Origin: Negaprion brevirostris
Lineage: Eukaryota
DNA length: 63,355 bases
Reading direction: 5' to 3'
NCBI GenBank assembly: GCA_030324005.1
Contig: JARDVH010000110.1
Span: forward strand, 26,697,026-26,760,380
Shown: positions 38,166 to 51,100 of the stretch, one piece after another
Layout of the letters: each line of letters begins with the position of its first letter
Position numbering within the stretch: the first letter of the stretch is position 1
Program-made: the position numbers and the translations under genes
Notes under the pieces: generated by a model
Told to the model about the DNA's origin: nothing
The model's database searches: none
What the model saw: the letters and a program-made list of their open reading frames with translations, nothing else

Positions 38166-38944
38166 GGGAAAATATCCCAGGGGAAAAACAAAATGAGATA
38201 AGATGACTAGAGTTAGAAGTCCCAAAATGTGATGCTTCATTGCTCAAGACAAATGATTATTTGAGATATGAAATAATGAATGGTTTTGGCTGAGTCGACA
38301 TGGAGGAAATGTTTCCACTTGTGGGGGAATCTAAAGTTTGGGATCAATGCATCCAGGCGAAGCATCTTTACCTATAGAATAGTTTAAATGTGAAACTCAT
38401 ATGCCCACTGAGGAGTTGAGATGAATCGCTTGGATGAAATGTATTGCACCCTTACTAAATATCTATTCCCACACCCCCTTACTGAATCTTAGCAAGATAA
38501 ATTCATTGACTGCTGCCATCTGGAGAGGAAGAAAATAAAAGAGAGAGTTAATGAGTAAGGCAATGGCTCTGAAGTGGTGGCTCCTCACAAATGTCATCAT
38601 TTGATAGATGAACGTGACTCTCGTCTGTTTTATGCAACATGAAAGGTAATGCGATTGTTGTGTAAGCAGGTGGCCCTGAAGCATTGGAGGTAACAACTAA
38701 TTATTACTTCCCTTCCTGTTCTACTCCCTTTGAAAAGTGGAGCTATTTTATATGTGAAACATTCTTGATCCATTCTCTCTTGAGATTTAGTTTCTCTTTT
38801 GAGCTAATCAGGCTTGGCCATGTGATCAGTGATAGAAGGTAAGGATGTAAGGGTTGCATTTACAGAACTGTGAGAATTACATAATCTTCATGCTTAATTC
38901 CAGCCTGTCTAGAATGCCAGTCTCCTGGGAGTCTGTTACAATGC

Positions 38945-39500
38945 AACCATAAAATATAGGAGCAGAATTAGGCCATTTGCCCCATCGAATCTTCTCTCCC
39001 ATTCAATTAGGGCTAATATATTTCTCAACCCCATTCTCCCACCTTTTCCCCATATCCTTTGACCACCTTACCAATCAAAAAGCTATCTATCTCGGTCTTA
39101 AATACACCCAATGACCTGGCCTCTCCAGCCCTCTGTGGCAATGAATTCCACAGATTCACTCTGGCTGAAGAAATTCCTTCTCGTCTTGGTTCTAAATGTC
39201 GCTTCTTTAATCTGAGCCTGTGCCCTTGGATCCCAGCCTGCCCTACTAATGGAAACATCTTCCCCATGTCCGCTCTATCCAGGCCTTTTAGTATTCGCTA
39301 CGTTTCAATAAGATTCCCCCTTCATCCTTCTGAACTCCATCGAGTACAGATCCAGAGTCCTCAAATGCTCCTCATATGTCAAGCTTTTTGTTCCCTGGAT
39401 CATTTTCGTGCACCTCCTCTGGACCCTTTCCAAGGACTGCACATCCTTCCTTAAGTATTGCTCACAAAATTCCAAATGTGATCTGACTGGGGGCTGAGGT
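38945..39500 (-). mobile_element. CR1 LINE 3' fragment
   Basis: VRSHLEFC, LERVQRRCTKMI, VNLWNSLPQ and FKTEIDSFL motifs; CR1 3' UTR. Confidence 0.9.
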
Positions 39501-39653
39501 ACCTCAAAAGAATTATTGTATTTAATTGTATGGAGAAAACTTAACAATTTACAGAATGCTAAAATGTAATTCCTTACAGTCTATAATTAATATTGCTCAC
39601 AGAGGATGTAGATATCAGAGGAACTGGAATATGAGTTTTACATTAATTCTGTG

Positions 39654-39930
39654 GGTGGCGCAGTGGCACAGTGGTTAGCACTAGTGCTTCGCTGCGCCAG
39701 AGACCCAGGTTCGATTCCTGGCTTGGGTCACTGTCTGTGTGGAGTTTGCACTTTCTCCCCATGTCTGCATGGGTTTCCTTCAAATGCTTCAGTTTCCTCC
39801 CATATTCTGAAAAACTTGCTGGTTAGTTGCTGAACAGGCGCCAGACTGTGAAGAATGGGGAATTTCACAGTAACTTCACTGCAGTGTTAACTGAAGCCTT
39901 ACGTGTAACTAAAACATAAACTTTAACTTT
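39654..39930 (+). mobile_element. HE1/V-type SINE, tail B
   Basis: GGCGCAGTGGCACAGTGGTTAGCAC head, GGTTCGATTCC B box, tail B. Confidence 0.88.
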
Positions 39931-42412
39931 AATTTGTATACAGACAATCCTCTATAAAAATCATTGGAAGTTAACCAACAAGATACAAGGAAAACATTAT
40001 TTTCTCCACATTTGGCTTCCATGGAACTCAGCCCTCCCTCATCCCTGCCCCGAGATAAGTGAAATTCAGCTACACATTAATAATGGCACTGTTGTAATAA
40101 CGTACCTTGAGAAATGTTGTAAATCTATTGAAATGGTAGTGACACATAGTAATGTGATTTTCTACACTACAGACACTAATCAATCAATTCACCGCAGCAC
40201 CACAGGTTTGTTCTTGTTTACTCTTATAGTCAAAGCTAGCTTTTTCATGTTTAAAGGTCTGAGGATTTAAATAACTTCTGATCATGGTGCTTAACAGACT
40301 TTTTCTGCTTTTCAAGGACATTTATGTCTCCTCCATCCACTTCATGGCTTCCGTACTTTGGGTTATGGCCCATTGAATAGTCAAAATTAAGTCTATTTGA
40401 ATTCAGGGCTAATTTCAAGTGGTCCTGCTGACCACCATGTGATTCTATGCTGCCCCTCTCCTTCTACTGGCAAAAATGAGAACTGCTGCAAAATGGGACA
40501 GGACTCCCATTTCCAGATACTGCCCATCATTTGTAAAGGTCTTTGTAATTGGCCTGATACCACAAGAGTCCAAACCTAGGAATGCGATTTCCTAGTTGTA
40601 AAAAATTCAGGCCTGAAGTCCTGTGTTGGGTGAGGCTTGAATTGAAGGTGGGATGGAAACAATTTAGTACATTCATAAACCAGAGTCTTGATTTATAGAC
40701 ACTTATAGAGAGAAGCCAGGATTCATTCAGTTGGGAACTTAGTGGTCATTCGAAGTTGTCCAGTGGAATCAGAGGGCCAAGACTCTGTAACAAGTTCATC
40801 AGGAATCAACAGATTGATTCAAAAGTTTGGTGGAGGTGCATAGTGGCTTCAGATGTTAGCAGGATTATTAGCAGATATTATGTCAGCAGGGGAATTGGAA
40901 GCAGTGTCTATTAAATAAAGTTATTAAAGGACCAGGAGCAGTGAAGTATAGTCAGGTTAGGTTGGAAAATAGAGCCAGTGCAGATGAGCAAGCTAGCTGG
41001 AGGACCAGCTAATGGGAGAAGAAAGGAACATACAAGATCGGCAGCAACCACAGAAGTTTGAGGAGATAGTCAAAACTGGTTGCTTAAAGGCTACTTCAGG
41101 ACCCCTCCATTATAAGTGGAACTGAGCAGAGTCAAACCCAATAAGAATAAAAAAATTGAAGTAAAGCAACAGCAGGAGAGCAGAACCAAGACCTTGATAG
41201 AAATAGTCGGAGCAGATCAGAACATTAGAGAGAACACTGGAGAGGAACAGAATTCAAGACGCAGCCTAGCAGTAAAAACTAACAGTGAGAAATATACAAT
41301 TAAACTCACAAATGGAATGCAGTTGAGAAGAAAGTAAACTTAAGCCCAGAATTGAACACGAATGGAGTAAAGCTGAGAAGCAAGTAATGCCTTAGGTTAC
41401 TGCACAAGAAGTTAACAGCTGCAGGTGGGGGATGGGCACTGGAATAGGCTGGGAGCTGGAGTCACAGCTTCCAATTAAGGCATGCTGTGTAGTTCCACAG
41501 TGCAATACAGGCTCTGATGGCAGATGAGACCATGAGTGGAGTAAATTTAATAGGGGACTTAACTTCTGAAAAGAGATGAGGCATGAATACAGAACAAGCA
41601 GTCTCAGGTGATGGACAATGTGCTCTGTACAGGTAGTGTGAACTTGTAGATTGAATTAAAATATATCTATTAGTAGGAGCAGGATAGATTACAAAGGGAA
41701 GGTGAGCAGATTGCATGGGAAAAGACAATCGATGAGCATGGATGGAATTTTAAAGAACAGGAGTTCAGTCAGGTGCCCATGAACCATTTTTCGATACAAA
41801 TGAGAGAATTGTATAACTGCTGTCAAATGCACAATTGGTATCAAAGTGCCTTCAGATCCTACAGCTGAAAATTACAGGCTGTCAGAAATACAATGAATGT
41901 TATTTTTGACTAATTGACAGACTAAAAAGATGGCAGCATCATGACAGTAAGCCATACAAAAGTAATGACTTCTGGCTGAGGCACAAGATTGTGTCCTTAA
42001 TGCCATCACATTATATGAATATATAATTGCCTTTGAGTAGTATGAGTAAACTTACATTTAAAACATACACGAGTTTATGTAATGTTGTTATGGCTCAGGT
42101 CAGAAATTCCAAACTCTTCTATGGAGCCTAGCCTGCATCTTGAATTTGGCTAGGGTNNNNNNNNNNNNNNNNNNNNNNNNNNNNNNNNNNNNNNNNNNNN
42201 NNNNNNNNNNNNNNNNNNNNNNNNNNNNNNNNNNNNNNNNNNNNNNNNNNNNNNNNNNNNNNNNNNNNNNNNNNNNNNNNNNNNNNNNNNNNNNNNNNNN
42301 AATGTTCCAATCAAACTAATCCCATAGACAAAATACCTTTTTCACAGCTTTAACACAACACAGACTAACACCCAGGTGATACTGGAAATTGAGTCCTTTG
42401 GTTGAAGTCTGC

Positions 42413-42724
42413 ATAGAATCAAAGAACCCTACAGCACAGAGGGAGGCCATTCAGCCCATCTAGTCTGCACTGACAACAACAGGGTCCTATCCCCTTGACT
42501 CCATGTATTTACCTTGCCAATCCCCCTAACACTAACAGGCAACTTAACATTCCAATTAACCTAAACTGCGCATCTTTGGACAGTCAAAGGAAACCAAAGC
42601 ATCCAGAGGAAACTGGTGCAGACACAGGGAGAATGTACAAACTCCACGCAGACAGTCACCCAAGCCCAGAATTGAACATGGATCCCTGGCACTGTAAGGC
42701 AGCAGTGCTAATCATTGTGCCACT
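42413..42724 (-). mobile_element. HE1/V-type SINE, tail A
   Basis: CATAGAATC tail end through GGCAGCAGTGCTAATCATTGTGCCAC head. Sits inside an unidentified, possibly LTR-like segment (about 42086-43141). Confidence 0.85.
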
Positions 42725-45530
42725 GGCAGTTCTCTGGAGTCACTCCAAACAAACAGTCTGAAGACAAGACAGTTTCCCAAAACACCAGAGAGACTCTGGT
42801 CCAGTCCCCAACAATAGCAGATTTTCACCCTTCAAAAAAAAGGTCTTCAGCTAACTAACAGAAATTTCAAAACAAGAGCAAGAGGGGAAAAGCAACATTT
42901 CTTTCTAACTTGCTGTCCTTTTTAAAATTAAAACTCAAATTCATACCCCAAACTGAAAAAGAAAATTGTCCAAAAAACATGACCATCCTAACAATGTAGG
43001 ATCACAAAACTAATCCCAGAGTAAATACAAACAATCCCATTTAAGCCACTTAAGTAGCAATAAAAGGAAATTTCAAGTTAAGCTGGCAACAATTACATCA
43101 CTGAAGCTAAGAAATCATGATTTTAAAAAAACGTCCTTACAGGTACACTAATGTTACAATATGAAAGAGCTGACTTTCTCTNNNNNNNNNNNNNNNNNNN
43201 NNNNNNNNNNNNNNNNNNNNNNNNNNNNNNNNNNNNNNNNNNNNNNNNNNNNNNNNNNNNNNNNNNNNNNNNNNNNNNGAGGAGTATGTGTGAGTCTGAG
43301 TCCATCTGTCCCTTCCATCCCAACCCATCATCTTCACTGCGCCAGGGTTGTGAATTCCAGTATTCTCCAAAATAGAAAAATGATAAAAGCTGAATCCTCA
43401 GATATAAAAAAAATTTGTTAATGTTTTATAAATATGCTTAATTTAACTTGTCTTTTAAAGACCCTAACGGTGAAGTAGTGCAGGATCTATATCCTGGGTC
43501 AAAATGTCCATTTGCACTGCCATCCTACCAGTCCATGTTCAATCTGAGGTGATACTGCCTGAATGTCAAAGCACTCGGCCAAAACTGATAGGATGGTTGC
43601 CCCATGAACAACTTGATCTCGGACATAGGGCCTGCACTGCTTCAGAAGTAGCACTCCATTGCTATAGCCATTGATGGCATCCAATGTTGGATATGTGAGA
43701 GGGGGGGTGGGTGAGTACCTAGATCTCATTCCAGCCCCTCAAGGAGTCAGCCAGAGCCTCTCAGGTACCTATAACAAGAGGACCAGCACTCGACACCTGG
43801 GGACCATCTTCCCAGATGACCCTGAGACTGTCCAGCTTATCCCAATCCACTCTTCCTATGACCCCATCACATCCAGTTCAGCAAAGAAAATTATCTTTTC
43901 ACAAATTAGCCTTTTATAAATCATCTCCAGCTGTTGTATTTCCTGACGGCGTTTGCCTTTTTCTCTTCCTTGCTGCTGCTTCTTCAGCACCCCATCTGTA
44001 TGTAAACTGTTCCTCGCTCACAGCTCTCTGATTACTAATTGTAAAAATAGCAAAGGATTCCTTTTCCTATTCTTTCTGTTCCCTTAAGTGCTGCCCAGAG
44101 CATAGTTTACAAAATTCATGGTTGTTTGATTTTACTTTTGCAAAAAAAAATTATTTTTGAAAGCCCCTTATCATTAGGAAAGATGATACATTTTACAGTG
44201 TAGTGTGGATAATGTAGGTGTGTATTTATTTTCTATCTTGTCTCAATCAGGACAAGCTTCAGAGGCTTTGTTCACACGTCAGCAACTGTACGCCCATGAA
44301 ATAATGGCCAGTTTGGGATGCATTGGAAATGCATCCCAACTCCACCTCCCTTTACATGACCGAGTGTTATGACATTGCTTTAGCTAGGCCCTTGAATGTG
44401 CTGTTTTCAGTCTAGACATTGTGAGCCTCAATCACTTTGTTCTGATACAACACTGTTGGGAATAAAGGGGAGAGTAAATGTTGAGACAGGAAATTAGATA
44501 ATTTGAGGGGGACCTGAGGTTTCTCTTCAGTGAACTGTCCAGTGCCATGATTCTAACAGGTTTATAAAGCTTGCCCAGTCACTCAATTGCTCAGGAATTT
44601 GTTATGACTCTTGAGAATTTCCATGTTGTGAACAAGTGCTAAAACAAGACAATCGATTAGTGCCATTTTGCATGTATGAGTATTGCATGAATGTGCATCA
44701 TTGCTTCACTTTCCTGATTCCCTGCATGGTCATTGAAAGACTCCTCAGCTGTGCATACACAGTTCAGTTGGACAACCCTTTAGTTAGCACCCCCACACCA
44801 CCCTTCCCCCCACCAACCATGCATGCATCTGCCCTTCTAACTACCCGCACAGCCCTCACCAGCAGAGTTTCTCCTCATTTTAATTTTGTGTTATGCCATT
44901 TCTGCAGGTTGGAAGATGGTGATACAGAACTCTCACTGCCACACCTTTCTGTGTGAGTATGAAAATCGATCCCATCATCTCAGAGGCATTTAAAATTCAG
45001 GTTTCCCTCCTACTCTATCCTTGCCATGTGTCCCTGGATCCCATCATGATTCTAGTAGATATCAGATTCTTAGCCATTGAACATTTTCAGGTGCATGTAC
45101 CTATGCCCCAAGTAGAATTTACCCTTCTCCAACTTCAGGTTCCCACACACCCTCTAATACCCCGATAATGCCTTTTCCCCATCTTTAGGTTACACATGTC
45201 TCCCTTGAATGAGTGTGCCATCTGTGGCACAATATAATGCCAGAAACCCCAGAAACCAACCTGCACCATGATAGGACAGTGCCCCATGTACAATAGGTTG
45301 GGCATAACTGAGACTGGGCTTGTATCCCCGCCCCCTTGCTGGGGTGGGACTAGGATAGGTCTTTGTAAGCCCATCAATACAAACAGAAGCATTTCTACAA
45401 TTAGCACTCCCCCTATTCTGGACCCAAGTGCCTTATGTCATTCTCTATGATACTCTGGTGCCGAGGATGTTAAACCTTCACGTTCACGCCACGCTTCTGT
45501 GTTATTCTCTACTTGTATCCTGATAAAGCT

Positions 45531-45719
45531 CTAGCCCTGCAGCCCATTCCCATGCTTGAGGCCAATTTCCCTCTTTCCCAGGGCAGCCCTAGCCCTGCAG
45601 CCCCTTCCCAAGCCTGAGGCTAATTCCCCCCTTTCCCAGGACAGCCCTCGCCCTGCAGCACCTTCCCATGCCTGAGGTCTGTCTTCCCCTTTCCCCAGTT
45701 CAGCCCTAACCTTGTAGCC
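45531..45719. repeat. 58-bp minisatellite, about 3.2 diverged copies
   Basis: Unit starts CTAGCCCTGCAGC at 45531, 45589, 45647 and 45706. Confidence 0.9.
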
Positions 45720-46258
45720 AATTAAAAGCCTTACCACTGGTTTGGTTAGACAGAAAATTGCCTGTGACAGCCCCCTGAAAGCAGTGGCTGCCTGCAAGGA
45801 CTGTACTGATTCCCATGAGTGCTGTGCAATGCAAGGTGGGGAACCAATGTTAAAGTCAGAAGCAAAATGCAAGTTGCCAGGTGCACTTATATACTATACT
45901 GAATTCTAAATTCACATCAACGTGACCTTGTGATCCAGCCTGGGGGCATGATTCCAGCAAGGAATCCTTACAATGGAATGCAAATATATTGAAATAACAT
46001 TCCTATCAAGATGTTGTGGGAAATATGGCCTGCCATTGACTGCTGAAGCACATAATTGCAAACTGGTTTCATAATGACACAAAACAGATTTTTGGCATTC
46101 TTGTGACACTTTCTGCTCTCATCTACCATGGCAGCCATCATAAATAGCAGTGAAAAATCTGTCTTATCTACTTCAACTTCCAATTTTGGTATCTAAGATT
46201 GATTTGAAACTTGGAGGCTTGGATTCACCATTTTACAATGTGATATCTGTTTAACCCG

Positions 46259-46380
46259 GGGTGGAAATTTCCAGCCGTGCTGGTCTAAAAACTGGAAATT
46301 CCTGCCTGACCATCAATGGCATTTCACATTCTCCACCCACTAAAATTGCAATGGCGGGCAACATGGGACAATTCTGGCCC
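46259..46380 (-). mobile_element. MITE copy (same family, diverged)
   Basis: Ends GGGTGGAAATTTCC / CAATTCTGGCCC; internal TCAATGG motif in reverse orientation; about 122 bp. Confidence 0.5.
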
Positions 46381-47058
46381 TAGTTTCTAATGTTCTCCAT
46401 TAATTTAGTTGGATTAATCCTTTTCGACTTGCTTCTAGGACTCTAGTTCCTTATTGGTTCACAATCATGAATAACATAATACTGTATCATTTTTCACTGC
46501 AGTGATTGGATTCTTCGTTTCTAGGTAATGAGGTAAGTTAAAAAAAAGGTAAAATAATCAAATGTAAGCTTACAATATTCCTTAAAACATTAAAGTGCCA
46601 ATTAAACAAGCATTTCCTCTGTCTTGTTTGTTCTTTAATGCACCACTGCTGCTTTTTCTCTTTACTTCCCTATTTTGTTGCCATCCTTTTACTCCAAAGG
46701 CCTGTTTATTTATGTGATATTTCTGAAGAAATGAGAGCTCTTCCCTTCTATCAACTACATAGTGATCACACCTCCCATACATCTAAGTTTGCATTAAGGT
46801 CTATTTATTAGTGTCACAAGTAAGTTAACCTTAATACTGCAGTAAAGTTACTGTGAAAATTCCCCAGTCGCCACATTCTGACACTTGCTTGGGTACACTG
46901 AGGGAGAATTTAGCATGGCCAATGCTCCTGACTAGCACATCTTTTGGACAATAGGAGGAAACTGCAGCACCTGGAGGAGACCCATGCAGACACAGAGAGA
47001 ACATACAAACTCCACACAGGCAGTGCCCCAAGCTGGGTCCCTGGTACTGTGAGGCAGC

Positions 47059-47518
47059 GGGTTCAATCCCCAGCTTGGGTCACTGTCTATGAGGAGTCTG
47101 CACATTCTCCCCATGATGTGGGTATGCCGGCGTTGGACTGGGGTAAACACAGCAAAAAGTCTGACAACACCCGGTTTTAGTCCAACCGATTTATTTGATA
47201 ATAAACCCACAAGCTTTCGAAGGTTTCGAGGGTGACCCCTCGAAAGCTTGTGGGTTTATTATCAAATAAATCGGTTGGACTAAAACCTGGTGTTGTCAGA
47301 CTTTTTACTGCATTCTCCCCATGCCAGTATGGGTTTCCCCTGGGTGCTCTGGTTTCCTCCCACAGTTTGAAAGACGTTCTGGCTAGGTGCATTGGCCATG
47401 CTAAATTCTCCCTTACTATACCTGAACAGGTGCTGGAGTGTGATCACTAGGGAATTTTCACAATAATTTCATTGCAGTGTTAATGTAAGCCTACTTGTGG
47501 CTAATAAATAAACTTTAA
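47059..47518 (+). mobile_element. HE1/V-type SINE (tail B), nested in antisense and itself interrupted
   Basis: Starts at the B box GGGTTCAATCCC, is broken at CATTCTCCCCATG, resumes at 47311 and ends AATAAATAAACTTT. Confidence 0.85.
47116..47310. mobile_element. Fold-back Penelope-like (pLTR) insertion with 13-bp TSD
   Basis: TSD CATTCTCCCCATG at 47103-47115 and 47311-47323. Inverted arms of about 70 bp (47150-47220 vs 47240-47310) with 2 mismatches. Same terminus as 57716-57776. Confidence 0.8.
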
Positions 47519-48349
47519 CCTTTGTGCCACCATGCCACCAGTGTACAGTTTGTAATGGAAGCATTGACTAAACCTCTGCCGTATCTAGCAATATTTTCCA
47601 CTGTCCTTCCATAGGGGGAAGCATCTACTGAACAAGGCCACGTCATTTCATATTGAGTGAGCAGCATTGCAAAGGCTATACCCAGCTGTGTTCATTGGAA
47701 ATTACTATATCCAGCAACATGAATGTTTGCCTCTCACACCAAGCTTTAGAATAGTCACACAAACAATTATGTAGCTTTATACCCTGGTAACCTGGGTATT
47801 CATTTTTTCTTGGAACACATTTGTTGCCCATGAATAAATTGTAAATAGTGTTAAAATAAGAAATAAAATCTGCTCAGCTAAATAGCACATTTTTTGGATG
47901 AAGAGAGTGTATGTTAAAGAATAACATTAGCCACTTATTATGATCTTCCAGCAGAATGTTAAGTGCTATTTCAAATGTTTCAATGTTCGTTTACAGTTGT
48001 TTTAAAATGATAAGTTTTCTATTACTGAGTAGCTATTTCTACAGTTCTAAATGTCAAAATTACTTATCTGCCATGAGGTTTATCTTTATCTTCAATAGCT
48101 ACCTCTCCAGTTTCTTCTTCACTTTTAGATTAATTCCTTCATCAATTTTCCCTGTTTTTCTTTTGTCTATGGCTCACAGTTCTTTTCCCTTTCTGCACTC
48201 TACCTTGTTTTCTTCTTTTTCAGTCATCATCACTCATTTTTTTCTAATGATTGTTGACTTCTGTATTGAACAATCTCCCCCGTTGCCTCTGCCTACTTAT
48301 AATCCTTTCCCATCAAAAAATGTCTTCCCCATGTTGCATCATGATGCTA

Positions 48350-49773
48350 CATTGGCATCAAGTTGATGTTATTGGTTGGGTAATCCAAAGGCAATGATTT
48401 GGAAACTGGAGTTGAAATTCCACCTGCAGCAGCTGGGGAAATTAACTTCAAGTAGCGAAATAAATCTGGTTTGGGAAAAGAAAACTGGCGTCAGTAACAA
48501 TGACCATGCAATGACCAAACTGATGTATAAGGCCATCTGGTTTCTTTATGGAAGGAATTAAAACAAAGAGAACAAAGAAAATTGCAGCACAGGAACAGCC
48601 CCTTGGGCTCGCCAAGCCTTCATCAACCATACTGCTCGACTTAACTTAAACTCCCTATCCTTCCAGGGACCATATCCCTCTATTCCCATCCTATTCATAT
48701 ACTTGTCAAGGCGCCCCTTAAAAATCACCACTGTATTTGCTTCCGCTGCCTCCCCCTGGCAATGAGTTCCAGTCACCCACTACTCTCTGTGTAAAAAATC
48801 TGCCTCATACATCTCCTTAACACCTTGCCCACTCCTAGTAATTGACTCTTTCACCCTGGGAAAAAGTTTCTGACTATCCACTCTGTCCATGCCTCTCATA
48901 AACTTGTAGACCTTTATCAGGTCACCCCTCAATCTTTGTTGTTCCAGTGAGAACAAACCAAGTTTCTCCTACCTCTCCTCATAGCTGATGCCTCCCTTGC
49001 CAGCAACATCCTGGTAAATCTTTTCTGCACCCTCTCCAAAGCCTCCACATCCTTCTGGTAGTGTGGCAACCAGAATTGAACACTATATTCNNNNNNNNNN
49101 NNNNNNNNNNNNNNNNNNNNNNNNNNNNNNNNNNNNNNNNNNNNNNNNNNNNNNNNNNNNNNNNNNNNNNNNNNNNNNNNNNNNNNNNNNGTTTCTGACT
49201 ATCCACTCTGTCCATGCCCCTCATAATCTTGGAGACTTCTATCAGGTGTCCCCTCAACTTCCGTCACTTCAGTGACAACAAACCAAGTTTCTTCAACCTC
49301 TCCTCATAGCTAATGCCCTCTGTACCAGGCAACATTGTGATAAATCTTTTCTGTACCCTCTCCAAAGCCTCTACCTCCTTCTGGTAGTGTGGCAAGCAGA
49401 ATTGAACACTATATTCCAAATGCAGCCTAAATAAGGTTCTATAAAGCTGCAACATGACTTGCTAATTTTTAAACTCAATACCTCAGCCGATGAAGACAAG
49501 CATGCTGTATGCCTCCTGGACTACTTTTTCCACTTGCATTGCCACTTTCAGTGACTTGTGTACCTGTACACCCAGATTCTTGCTGTCCTTAATTGTTCTG
49601 GCTAGCTTCATGATTGCTGACCCACAGCAATGGAACTGATTTTTACCTACCCTCTGAAATGGTCCAGCAAGTCACTCAAATTGTACTCAAGAAAGTTGCT
49701 TATCAGCAATTAGAGGTGAGCAATAACTCCTGGCCTTGCCAGCGCTGCCAACATTCTGTGGATGAATAAAAAA
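48350..49773 (+). mobile_element. Second tRNA-like SINE family with L2/CR1-group tail, split by a CR1
   Basis: 5' part 48350-48558 (GTAATCCA..TGACCATG..CATCTGGTT..GGAAGGAA); 3' part 49579-49773 (TGCTGTCCTTA..ACCCACAGCAATG..GGCCTTGCCAGCG..GAATAAAAAA). Confidence 0.65.
48560..49578 (-). mobile_element. CR1 LINE 3' fragment, partly duplicated across a gap
   Basis: MLQLYRTL.R.HLEYSVQF..LERVQKRF..SYEERL motifs; (TTCTTTG)-type tail like the copy at 990-3220. Confidence 0.9.
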
Positions 49774-50481
49774 CCCTAGGTATTTCTACTCTTTCGACCA
49801 AATGCATATCATTTTTTTAAAAAATGGGATGAAATATCTTTTGATCTGAAAATATGTTACAAGAATGCATCTGCTATTTGCAGTAAATGCTGTGATGGAA
49901 TGTGTCACAGCTGCCAAGATGCAAGCAGAGTTTTCAGAGCAGGTTGAGGGATGTGGATTCGTCTGAGGCCTTCTCAGTGAGATGGAAGTTCTTAACAAAA
50001 ATGTTTCATTTGTTTTCAGCTTTATAGTTAAAGGATGGCAATCAGACAGGGAAAAGCCTCCAGGAAGAGCTCCAAAGTTGCAATAATTTGAGTTAATACA
50101 GCATGGCAAAGGTTTCCGCGCCCCCTTCACTTGTTCTCAGTGCATATTTTGTGATGCTACAACTAATTCAAAGCATCAATTCCCTGGCTTCAGTCTTTAA
50201 GAGTGGGCGACTATGACACAATTTTGACTACAGTCAGGCTATGTTGTGTCAGTAGGAGCACAAACTGCTTGGTTTCATGCAATGCTGACTCTTTCTGAAT
50301 TGATTTTAACTTGATTTCGTTCTATTTTCTATTAGTTTCGCTGTCAGCCATTTCTATAGATTATCAATGGTTCTTTATCTACTGATCTTTGGCATACCTT
50401 ATTCTGTTATATATACTGCCTTTTTAAACCTACCTCTCTGCCAGTTGACTTTTAGCTTTGACTCTTTTATATATTAACAAT

Positions 50482-50777
50482 GGCAGGAATTTTCTGGCTG
50501 TTCATGTCGGCGGGATGTTACAGTCCTGCAAGAGATGTACTCAACGGGAAATCCTGTTGAAAATGGCTGGAACAGAAGATCCCTCCACTGGCCATCTCTG
50601 ACACCGTTAAACTCATTGGTGGGTTGCATAGTAAATCCCCCTCAATGGGTGGGATTTTCCAGCCATGCTCACTCTGAAATTGGAAAATCCCACTTGAGGT
50701 CAATGAATCTTTCCATGCTCCTCCGCTCAACTGCAACGATTCCTGTGATGGGCGAGCAGAACAGGAGAATTTGCCCT
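50482..50777. mobile_element. About 295-bp TIR element related to the MITE family
   Basis: Ends GGCAGGAATTTTC / GAGAATTTGCCCT. Its 3' half resembles 46259-46380 and its 5' end is complementary to 30010-30054. Confidence 0.55.
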
Positions 50778-50880
50778 GTGTGTCTAATACTTTCTCTTTG
50801 CATTGGCCATTCCTCATTAGTATGTTTATTTTTCTCAACTCCCTTTCTATCCTTCCACTTGACACTTTCAGTCTTTTTTT

Positions 50881-50943
50881 TGTAAACTCACTTGTGGATT
50901 GTAAACTCACTTGTAAACTCACAAACTCACTTGTGGATTGAAC
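50881..50943. repeat. Short slippage repeat of AAACTCAC(TTGT(GGATTGT))
   Basis: Four AAACTCAC units with variable extensions. Confidence 0.85.
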
Positions 50944-51100
50944 TGATGCCTTTGGATCTGTTTTAATTTTGCTTATGATCGGTATTTGATGCACTCTTCT
51001 GACCAGTCCACAACCAGATGATGCACTCCAAGACTTGCTCTTTCCAACAGAGGAGTTGAGAATCAGATTCTGATGGCAACAGCAAGGAGTAATACGGCCT

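Larger units (their letters stand above)
46800..47540 (-). mobile_element. HE1/V-type SINE (tail B), split near its A box
   Basis: Body 46800-47058 ends at GTGAGGCAGC; the rest of the head (TGTGCCACCATGCCACC) reappears at about 47523-47539. Confidence 0.82.

Noticed and set aside
43480-43900. GC-balanced, coding-looking segment with short ORFs on both strands
   Set aside because: No motif could be assigned with confidence; probably a decayed transposon.
45531-45719. Regularly spaced repeats as a CRISPR-like array
   Set aside because: Units are contiguous with no unique spacers, the context is vertebrate and there are no cas genes.
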